DNA of 64,000 nt from assembly GCA_963666365.2 (NCBI GenBank), contig CAXXNF010000001.1, positions 256,001 to 320,000 of the forward strand. Reading direction: 5' to 3'. Each line of letters opens with the position of its first letter. Position 1 is the stretch's first letter. Source of the DNA: Syntrophales bacterium. GTDB lineage: Bacteria; Desulfobacterota; Syntrophia; Syntrophales; UBA2210. The notes beneath the pieces are model-generated. The model did no database searches. It was given only the letters and a program-made list of their open reading frames with translations, and had not been told where the DNA came from. Both the position numbers and the translations under genes were made by a program. Positions 11,201 through 18,533 of this stretch are shown here, one piece after another.

Positions 11201-11384
11201 GCTTTTCCATATCCTCGGGCGCCACCCCCTCATAGGTGGTGGTGACAAAAATATAGGGAATAGTGATGTCGGGGAAGGACTCGCGGGGAAGCGCGACATA
11301 GGCGTAGAGACCGGCAATGAGAATAACTGCCAGAAGCGCCAGGACCGTTGCCTGCCGTGTGAGCGCAGCCCGATTGACGATCAT
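8298..11384 (-). CDS. RND efflux transporter permease (AcrB/AcrD/AcrF family)
   Basis: 1028 aa with 12-TM pattern; motifs LGMLVDNGIVIVENI and RFRPVMLTAVTTILGLLPM. Confidence 0.95.
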   Translation of the reverse strand: MIVNRAALTRQATVLALLAVILIAGLYAYVALPRESFPDITIPYIFVTTTYEGVAPEDMEKLITMPIERKLKGLADVEEIRSTSAEGISTVAIEFLPKVDIDDALQKVRDKVDLAKSDLPAELPDDPVIQEFNLSDYPVIRVVLSGPFSLRRLKTFADEFEDRIEAVPGVLEARLTGGLEREIHVEFDLDRVAAYNVPFSTLIAAVERGNVNMPSGSMDIGPIKYLVRVPEDYKTPAEIFSLVAFVRDGKPVYLRDLAVISDSYKDPLTRSRINGEQSVTLAVLKRSGENIVTVTDEVKKVVDELRPLLPPALKIDLTSDMSKDVNLMVADLENNILSGLILVLAVIFIFIGGRSALFVALAIPYSMLMTFLMLTAGGITLNMVVLFSLILALGMLVDNGIVIVENIYRHMQEGESRVEAAQNGTDEVAWPVITSTLTTLGAFVPMLFWPGIMGEFMGFLPLTLIFALSSSLFVALVINPVLSARYQSVKGGVFGKEDEDHLPLVKRIYLRILEWSLGHRCAVMTMAFVLLIGSIGSFSLFGRGVEFFPETEPRRAYVFLKAPEGTNLDASDRLVRQVEAIAAEYEDLQYVIANVGSVGGDPFSQGGTGTHINRVAIDFKDFHDRSRPSSEIIKELRERILAVITGAEVQVEKEEEGPPTGAPVNMEITGDDILVLGDLAHRIRNRISDVPGLVDLKDNFVKGKPEIVVRVDREKAALVGLDTFTIAYTVKAAINGVKAGVFRLGKDEYDIIARLPERDRRSVESVKRITVSGPQGEPIPLTSVASVSLGSGVGAVNRLNQKRIVTISGDVSGRLANDVIADIKERLADFDWPRGYMLNFTGEQQEQEKASTFLKKAFVAALFIIFLILITQFNSFATPLIILTSVLLSLIGVFIGLLVTGTAFGIIMTGVGVISLAGVVVNNTIVLIDYYNKLRDRGLELTEAVIQAGLVRFRPVMLTAVTTILGLLPMATGISFDFSKMEWNIGGESSQWWGPMAVAVIFGLAFATLLTLNVVPVLISIVNGRKRS

Positions 11385-12439
11385 TGCACCTGGACCCGCA
11401 TCCCTTCTTCGATCTCGGTCTGTCCGGAAATCACGACATCATCCCCTGCCTCCAGGCCTTCGGCAATCTGAATGCGTTCCCCATTGATGACGCCGATTGA
11501 TACGGTCCTGGCATGGGCGATGCCATCTTTCACCACAAAGAGCACCCGCTCACCCCCTTTATCGACCAGCGCTTCAAGGGGAACCGCCAGCGCGTTCTGA
11601 ATGTGACGGCGCACAAAGGTCGCTCTCGCAATCATGCCGGGACGGATTACATGATCTCTGTTTTCAAGAATAATTCTGGTTTGAAAGGTTTTGGTGACCG
11701 GATCCGCCTTGTAGGCAACAAAATCGATAGGCTCCTCAAAGGTCATTTCGGGAAGGGCATCGACAGTGACTATTGCCTGGCGGCCCACCTTTATGTAGGG
11801 AACATCGATTTCGGGTACACTCACGTTAACCTTGACTTTATCGATATCCACCAGATCGATGACCGGGGCGCCCCGTCCGACATACTCGCCCACATCGACA
11901 TAGACCCTGTTTACGAGGCCCGCACAGGGGGACACCAGAAAGCCCCTTTTATACTCCACGCGAGCCCTACGGAGCGTACTTTCAGCCAGATCGCACTCCG
12001 TCTTGCTGCGATCGAATTCCTCCTGAGACGCCACTTTCCGTTCCAGGAGCTCTTTCCGGCGCTGGAATTGACTTTCGGCCAAGCGAAAGGATGCCTCGGC
12101 GCTGTCAAGGGCGGCCTTCAGGGCCGACACCTCAATCTTTGCGATGAGTTCCCCTGCCTTGATCCTGTCCCCTTCAGTGGGACCGACCCACTCCACCAGC
12201 CCATCCAGATCGGCGGCCAGACGGACATCCTCGTAGGGTTCCGTTTCTCCCGGCAGCAAAAGCAGATCCCTGATCGTTCCCGGCGTCACGTTCATAACCG
12301 ACACCTTGACCGCCAGCCGCTCGGCAGCGGTCGACGCCGTATCCACCCTGTTATCGGAACATCCCATAAAGATCAGTGCAATGATCAACGCGCATATCAC
12401 TCGAATTATTATCGGGGGTACGGTAACGTTCATGACCAT
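11381..12439 (-). CDS. RND periplasmic adaptor (membrane fusion protein), likely lipoprotein
   Basis: Hydrophobic leader ending FMGC; lipoyl/hairpin pattern; IRPGM motif; 4-bp overlap with the RND gene. Confidence 0.93.
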   Translation of the reverse strand: MVMNVTVPPIIIRVICALIIALIFMGCSDNRVDTASTAAERLAVKVSVMNVTPGTIRDLLLLPGETEPYEDVRLAADLDGLVEWVGPTEGDRIKAGELIAKIEVSALKAALDSAEASFRLAESQFQRRKELLERKVASQEEFDRSKTECDLAESTLRRARVEYKRGFLVSPCAGLVNRVYVDVGEYVGRGAPVIDLVDIDKVKVNVSVPEIDVPYIKVGRQAIVTVDALPEMTFEEPIDFVAYKADPVTKTFQTRIILENRDHVIRPGMIARATFVRRHIQNALAVPLEALVDKGGERVLFVVKDGIAHARTVSIGVINGERIQIAEGLEAGDDVVISGQTEIEEGMRVQVQ

Positions 12440-12793
12440 CTCGCTCTCATATGCGTTCCTTGAAATGTGCTACTATAGGGCATTGTTCATTGTTTTCAAA
12501 GCATTTTATTCTCACTTTTTTCAAGGAATAGAAAACGTATAGACAGGGCATCACAATAATGTTATGTAGGAAATAATATTTTTTCAAAAGCACGTTAACA
12601 ATTGAGCATGGCAATTGCAACGATGGTCTGAGTCATTCATATCACGCATACAGGACCGATCTCAGGCATGTTACCTGCGCTGCTCTTCTGAAGGGAAGTT
12701 TTCATACTTCATATCGACTTAAAATAAAATCTGTTTAGTACCATATAGTAACTATCGATGGCCTGAATCACGCCATCCTGAGGAGTGTATGAT

Positions 12794-15700
12794 ATGAACA
12801 GGCCTCTCAGCATAGTTCTTTCTTGTTTGATTCTTGTAATTTGCGTACTTGCAGCACCCTCTGCACCTCTGTTCGCCGAGCCCGGCTCGCTGCTCTGGAG
12901 ATCGCCCCTGTCGAGCGGCGGTCCGTGCACCTGGTCCACACCCGTGGTAACAGGAAGCCGGTGCTATGTACAGGATCAGGAGGGCGGCATATACTGCTTT
13001 AACACGGCCGACGGTGAACAGCTCTGGTACAAGAAATTATCGGGCGGCTGGCCGACCGCGTCGCCTGTGTATAAAAACGGCAAGTTGTTCGTGTTTGCCG
13101 GAAGCGGCATCGATTTCGACGTTGTCGATACCGTCTACCGTCTCGATCCCCTCTCTTGCGGGGCTGTCGAAACGCAATTTACGCCGGCGCCGGGCGTCGC
13201 CATCAGCGCAATGTCTCCTGCCGTTTCGGATACGATGGTCTACGTTCCCACATCATCGACCCTTTATGCCATCGATGCGGGCACCTTTGAAAAAGCATGG
13301 GAGATGTCAGTTCCGGGGGCAAGCGTCATTATCGGGGGAGAAATCCTCTATGTCCTCGCCGACAAGCTCTACGGCGTTGATGCGCAAACCGGGAAAGAAT
13401 ACTGGCGCATGGACCCGCCCCACAGCACGGGATTCGATATGGGAGCCCTGTCGGGGGATATTTTGGTGGCGTATACAAAATATTCGGGTTCGCCCGACTA
13501 CGTATCCAAACTCCACGCCTTTCGACTGAGTCCGGAAAATATGGGTGCCTCCTTGCTGGCCACCTCCGTTGATCCTCCCTCATTGCTCTGGTCTTTCACG
13601 CCCACCGACCACGCATATTCGGATTGGTCCCCACCGGCCATAGACGCCAGCATATCGAGGGTGTATGCAGTAAACAGAGCCGGATATTTGTGGGCCTTCG
13701 ATCTTGAAGGCGACGGGACTCTTCTCTGGAACAGGCCTGTCAGGGGAAGCGGAATGGCATCGGCAAAACCGGTCGCTCTTGACGGCAAGGTCTATATACA
13801 AGCGGCGGGAACTTCCGGAGAATACGGCACTCCTCACTGGCTTGTCTGTTATGATGTAAATGAACTGGAGAAGTTCTTGGAATATGATGATCCAAATGAC
13901 CCGGATACGTTCTGGCAATCGGAATCGTTGGTGGATCTATGGAATGCAAACGCGACCCCGGAGGATATAGAACGACGGGCCCAATGGGAGGCGGACGGGT
14001 TCACCATCGGTGAGATGAAAACCGCCTGGGGCTCCCCGGCGGTCGTGAACGGCAAAGTTTATATAGCCACGGACCACGGCGGCGGAGTACTCGCCTTCGA
14101 AGGCGAACCGTCGGAGCACAGCTGGTACATGATCAGCCAGAATCCGCACCTTACCGGGTCAGTTGACGGGTCTCAGAAAGACTTTTACAATTCCCCCTCC
14201 ACTCTCGGCCTGTCCGTAGACAACGCCACCACCGCCTTCGGCTTCAGCGATCAGCCCCCCATGAGGATCGGGCTGCCCGATTACCAGGTCAACACGGCAA
14301 CGCTCAACCTTGTGTTGCAGGGAACCCTGTTCTGGATGAAAACCAGAGGCCCCTCCGTTGCCGCCGCACTGGTGTACAACGCAGACCATACACTGCATTC
14401 CGGCCTGTTCGGTCACGGATGGCGCTTCGCCTATGAATCCACCGCAACCATCGGCTGCTCCAGCCACGCCATAGATATCCGCAAGGGAAGCGGGCAGGTC
14501 CTCACCTTCACATCGACCGAAGACCTGACCGCCGATCCCGACACCCTTGACTACCCTCTGGAACTTACCCCCCCCACGGGTAATTTCGACCGCGTCACCG
14601 TGTATGAAGGGTACTGCGAATGGTTTGAAAAATCCTCCCGGTTTACCTACCGGTATGACAAATCCACCCTGGAGGGATCGCAAATCTATTACCTCACCTC
14701 CATCACCGACCGGAACGGAAACCGCATTGACGTGGAGGTGGACCGGACAAACGGACACATCACCTCCGTCACCGGGCCGGCGGACCGCCAACTGACGATG
14801 ACCTATGATGCCGACAGCCGCTGTACTCAGATTGCGACCCCGGCTTTCGATTCCCGATCCCTTGCCTTCGAATATGACGAAGAGGGGTTTCTCACGGCGG
14901 TTACCGACATGGCGGGCTACCGCAGCACCTACGAATACGATGACGACGGATACATGACCAGGATGACCCGGGACAGCCACTGGGCGACCTTCGAATACGC
15001 ATCCCGGGGATCGGGCCTGGGGAAATACGTGACGAAGGTCACGGACAGCGATGTCGGGTGGACCCTCTATGAACTCCTGAAGCAGGACCCGGTGGAGGTG
15101 CGGCGTACCAGCCGGCAGGGCAAGGCGAGGATTTTCAAAAGCAACGACGGCCTGACCGGGTCGGTAACGGACCCCCTGGGCAACGTCAGCACCATCGGAT
15201 ACGAGAACAAGCTGCCCGTCAGCTTCAAGGACAGAAACGGGCACATAGAGCGTCTGGTATACGACAACCGGGGAAATGTCACCACACAGATAGACGCCCT
15301 GAACCGTTGGACCCGGTTTTCGTACAACAGCGATGACACGCTTCACTCCATGACCAACCCGCTTTCCGAAACCTGGTACTACGCATACGACTCGCATCAG
15401 AACCTGACACGAGTCACCTCGCCCGAAGGCAACATCACACAGATCAGCTACGACAGTTACGGTCAGGTCAATAAAATTACCGATCCCAACGGCCATGTCA
15501 CCGATTATTATTACGACATCTGGGGCAATCTGAAAACCGTGGAAGATCCCCTGGGCAATGTCACCCGGTTCGGCTATGACGGATCCCATCTCCATTGCAT
15601 ATACATCACCGATGCACGGGATAATGAAAAACAGATACTCTACGACGACAACGACCGCCTGAGCCGCGTCTATTATGGGCCGGACTACGAAGGACCCAGC

Positions 15701-17722
15701 GTACGCAACGAGTTTGACGCCTTCTGGCAAATCAGGGCGACCGACGAAAACGGCAACCAGACACGGGTCGAGCGAAACCGCTTCGGCTACATCACCATGT
15801 TGAGACCGCCCCTGTGGAACGACAGTTTCTACGAATACGACAGGGACAACAATCTGATCAAAGCCACCGATCCGTTGAGAAGAGCCACCTACAACGGCTA
15901 CGACAAGAACGGACGGCTTTATATGACAAGAGACGCCCGGAATAACACCGTATACCGCTACTACGACAAGGAAGGAAACCTGGTCCGGCTCAGAGACCAG
16001 CGTGCCAACGAAACCCGGTTCGATTATGACTCGAACGACCGGTTGACGGACACTACCGACCCGCTGGCACGAACCATCACCTACACCCGTGACGCTCTGG
16101 GCCGCATTGCGGAACAGACAAACAAACGGGGGCAGAAGGTGGCGTTCTCCTACGACGGAGAAGGCCGCATGACATCAAAACGATATGACGGCACGGAGGA
16201 AGCGGCATACACCTACGATGCCGCCGGTAACCTTACCCAAATGATCGATGACTGGGGAACCACCACATATGACTACGATGAGCGAAACCGGGTAACCGCA
16301 ATCACCTATCCGGACACTATGACCCTTTCTTTTACCTACGACGAACTGGGCAACTGCAGTTCCCTCACCTACCCCGACGGCCAGACGGTACGCTACACCT
16401 ACGACGATGTGAACCGGATCACGATACCGCGGGGCCTGAGAAACGGCGCCAATATCGAAATACGGCCGAACAGGGAAAAGCCGAACCGGATCACCGCCAT
16501 GAACTGGGGGGAGACTCACTCCGTCACAGGCGACTATGACCCCGCCGCCCGTTTGATCACACAGACCCGCTCAAACGGCGCCGTGACCGAGTTTTCCTAC
16601 GACGCCAACGACCGGGTAACGGGGATCAATCACAAAAAAGGGGACACCCCCCTTCTCGAACTGAATTATACCTATGACGACGCGGACAACCTGCTTTCCG
16701 AACTTTCCTCAGATCCCGTCACACCGGCCGTGAGCGATGCCTCCCTGGCAGCGACTGTCGACGCCGCCAACCAAATCAGCCGGCTGGGAAGCGACACGTA
16801 CACCTTCGACAGCGACGGCAATCGAATCGGAGTAAGCAGTGGTCAATTCGCCGCCGTCTACGACCCGGAAAACCATGCCACGCAGATCACCCGCAACGGG
16901 GTCGCCGCCGCCTGCACCTACGACGGACAGGGCATGATGGTGCAGCGCACAGTGGACGGCGAGACCACCACCTACCACTACGACGATGCGGGACGCCTCC
17001 TTTTTGAAACGGATAGTTCGGGCGCCGTGAGCAACACCTATATATACATGGGCAGAAAACCGGTTGCCATGGGAACAAAGGACAGCGGATACAGGTTCTT
17101 TCATTTCAACAACCTCGGAAACACGCTCGCCCTGACCGACGCGACCGGTTCGGTCATCAAACGGTACGCCTACCAGCCTTACGGGGCCGCGACCGGCAGT
17201 GGGTCAGAGATTTCGAACCTCTTCACCTTTGTGGGCGCTCACGGCGTCATGGATCTGGGCGACGGCCTGTTTCTGATGAAACGCAGGCTCTACGACGCCC
17301 GGAGCGGCAGGTTCCTGCAGACCGACCCCATCGGCATCGCCGGCGGGATCAATCTTTACACCTATGCCGAGAACAATCCCCTGCGCTACATCGATCCCGA
17401 AGGCACCTCAATCCTCCTTGCTTACGCGGCAGGTGCAGCTATAGTCGCTCTCGCAGTGGTCATTTTGACACCAGCCGACGACACAAAAGATGCCGACCAG
17501 ACGACAGATGCCGGCTTTCACGAACATGCCGAGCAGGCAGCTGAAAATAGGGTGAAGGGTGCACAAAAAGTGAAAGAAGCCAAAGGTACGGGAAACAAGT
17601 TCAGAGCCTTTACGGACGCGTACTATGAATCCAAAGAAGATACTCGTAAATTGGCTCCAAAGGCGGGTGAGGAGGCAGTAGAGAAAGTCGGAAAGGGGTA
17701 CTTACGGGTACTAAGGCGTTAG
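12794..17722 (+). CDS. Rhs/YD-repeat protein with Sec signal peptide, PQQ-like beta-propeller, DUF6531-like linker, Rhs core and 105-aa tip (copy 1)
   Basis: GAGGAG 8 nt before ATG 12794; leader MNRPLSIVLSCLILVICVLAAPSAPLFA; PQQ-like repeats (DGEQLW, TGKEYW, GSPAVVNGKVYI); GLFGHGWRFAYE; many YD repeats; core RLYDARSGRFLQTDPIG...NNPLRYIDPEG. Confidence 0.95.
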   Translation: MNRPLSIVLSCLILVICVLAAPSAPLFAEPGSLLWRSPLSSGGPCTWSTPVVTGSRCYVQDQEGGIYCFNTADGEQLWYKKLSGGWPTASPVYKNGKLFVFAGSGIDFDVVDTVYRLDPLSCGAVETQFTPAPGVAISAMSPAVSDTMVYVPTSSTLYAIDAGTFEKAWEMSVPGASVIIGGEILYVLADKLYGVDAQTGKEYWRMDPPHSTGFDMGALSGDILVAYTKYSGSPDYVSKLHAFRLSPENMGASLLATSVDPPSLLWSFTPTDHAYSDWSPPAIDASISRVYAVNRAGYLWAFDLEGDGTLLWNRPVRGSGMASAKPVALDGKVYIQAAGTSGEYGTPHWLVCYDVNELEKFLEYDDPNDPDTFWQSESLVDLWNANATPEDIERRAQWEADGFTIGEMKTAWGSPAVVNGKVYIATDHGGGVLAFEGEPSEHSWYMISQNPHLTGSVDGSQKDFYNSPSTLGLSVDNATTAFGFSDQPPMRIGLPDYQVNTATLNLVLQGTLFWMKTRGPSVAAALVYNADHTLHSGLFGHGWRFAYESTATIGCSSHAIDIRKGSGQVLTFTSTEDLTADPDTLDYPLELTPPTGNFDRVTVYEGYCEWFEKSSRFTYRYDKSTLEGSQIYYLTSITDRNGNRIDVEVDRTNGHITSVTGPADRQLTMTYDADSRCTQIATPAFDSRSLAFEYDEEGFLTAVTDMAGYRSTYEYDDDGYMTRMTRDSHWATFEYASRGSGLGKYVTKVTDSDVGWTLYELLKQDPVEVRRTSRQGKARIFKSNDGLTGSVTDPLGNVSTIGYENKLPVSFKDRNGHIERLVYDNRGNVTTQIDALNRWTRFSYNSDDTLHSMTNPLSETWYYAYDSHQNLTRVTSPEGNITQISYDSYGQVNKITDPNGHVTDYYYDIWGNLKTVEDPLGNVTRFGYDGSHLHCIYITDARDNEKQILYDDNDRLSRVYYGPDYEGPSVRNEFDAFWQIRATDENGNQTRVERNRFGYITMLRPPLWNDSFYEYDRDNNLIKATDPLRRATYNGYDKNGRLYMTRDARNNTVYRYYDKEGNLVRLRDQRANETRFDYDSNDRLTDTTDPLARTITYTRDALGRIAEQTNKRGQKVAFSYDGEGRMTSKRYDGTEEAAYTYDAAGNLTQMIDDWGTTTYDYDERNRVTAITYPDTMTLSFTYDELGNCSSLTYPDGQTVRYTYDDVNRITIPRGLRNGANIEIRPNREKPNRITAMNWGETHSVTGDYDPAARLITQTRSNGAVTEFSYDANDRVTGINHKKGDTPLLELNYTYDDADNLLSELSSDPVTPAVSDASLAATVDAANQISRLGSDTYTFDSDGNRIGVSSGQFAAVYDPENHATQITRNGVAAACTYDGQGMMVQRTVDGETTTYHYDDAGRLLFETDSSGAVSNTYIYMGRKPVAMGTKDSGYRFFHFNNLGNTLALTDATGSVIKRYAYQPYGAATGSGSEISNLFTFVGAHGVMDLGDGLFLMKRRLYDARSGRFLQTDPIGIAGGINLYTYAENNPLRYIDPEGTSILLAYAAGAAIVALAVVILTPADDTKDADQTTDAGFHEHAEQAAENRVKGAQKVKEAKGTGNKFRAFTDAYYESKEDTRKLAPKAGEEAVEKVGKGYLRVLRR

Positions 17723-17856
17723 TAAAGGATGTCATAGCGGGAGCATCAGCTGTGACAGGGGTCTCGGGATTACACCTAATCCGTAAAGCTCCGGAAAAAT
17801 AATGCATCGCATCGCATTGCATTGCATACATGCTTCATCACACAGGGAGTGATATT

Positions 17857-18240
17857 ATGAAGAGACGCATCCACTCAGTTTTACTCATAGCGGCCATGTG
17901 TTTCATCTGCACTGCCGCAGCGGCTGCCACCTACACCTATGACGAGCTGAACCGTCTCACGAAAGTCGTCTACGGCTCCGGCAGCGACGGGACCTTGTCG
18001 TACATCGAATACACCTACGATACGGCCGGCAACATCACCCTCATCAGTTCCCTCGGGAATATATTATATGGCGATGTCGACAACAACCGGACAGTCGATC
18101 TGGCCGATGCCATCATGTCGCTTCGGATCGTAACCGGCCAGAGCGTCTCTCCTCCCAACGTCCGGAAAGCGGCGATCAACAACGACCAACGGATCGGCCC
18201 TGAAGAGACGATATACATTATGAAGAAAATATCCGAGTGA
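17857..18240 (+). CDS. Small secreted protein: signal peptide + YD hairpin + C-terminal dockerin-like domain (copy 1)
   Basis: GGGAG RBS; MKRRIHSVLLIAAMCFICTAAAAA; TYTYDELNRLTKVVY...IEYTYDTAGNIT; LYGDVDNNRTVDLADAIMSLRIV...AAINNDQRIGPEETIYIM. Confidence 0.88.
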   Translation: MKRRIHSVLLIAAMCFICTAAAAATYTYDELNRLTKVVYGSGSDGTLSYIEYTYDTAGNITLISSLGNILYGDVDNNRTVDLADAIMSLRIVTGQSVSPPNVRKAAINNDQRIGPEETIYIMKKISE

Positions 18241-18533
18241 CTCCTGTAGCTGCCATCCTTCAAAAATTAATTAATCCGGTTCATCATTTCCAACCTTTCA
18301 AAGCCAATAAGTACGCAAGAACCGGATGAACCTGTTTTTTTCTGCCTTTCGGCGTCTTGCGGGAACAAATAAATCAGTTACTTAGAAGTAGACAGGACAT
18401 CACAATAATGTTAGGTTGAAAGCAGTTTTTTTTCAAAGCTACCTCACATCGCGCGAATATAAAAACTGTTTTTTTCGGTAGCATACAGCAACTATCGATG
18501 GCCTGAATCACGCCATCCTGAGGAGTGTGTGAC

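Larger units (their letters stand above)
12539..18290 (+). repeat. Tandem duplication unit 1 (upstream region + Rhs + YD-dockerin gene)
   Basis: Shared upstream blocks (AGACAGG.CATCACAATAATGTTA; ACTATCGATGGCCTGAATCACGCCATCCTGAGGAG) and shared downstream block (CCATCCTTCAAAAATTAATTA) with unit 2. Confidence 0.9.

Noticed and set aside
12759..12773. GG-N10-GC sigma54-like spacing conserved before both Rhs genes
   Set aside because: Poor match to TGGCAC/TTGC, and the implied start site would fall within the RBS
17857..18240. Small gene after Rhs as an immunity protein
   Set aside because: It has a signal peptide, YD strands and a dockerin-like domain, and is highly conserved between copies despite diverged tip centres
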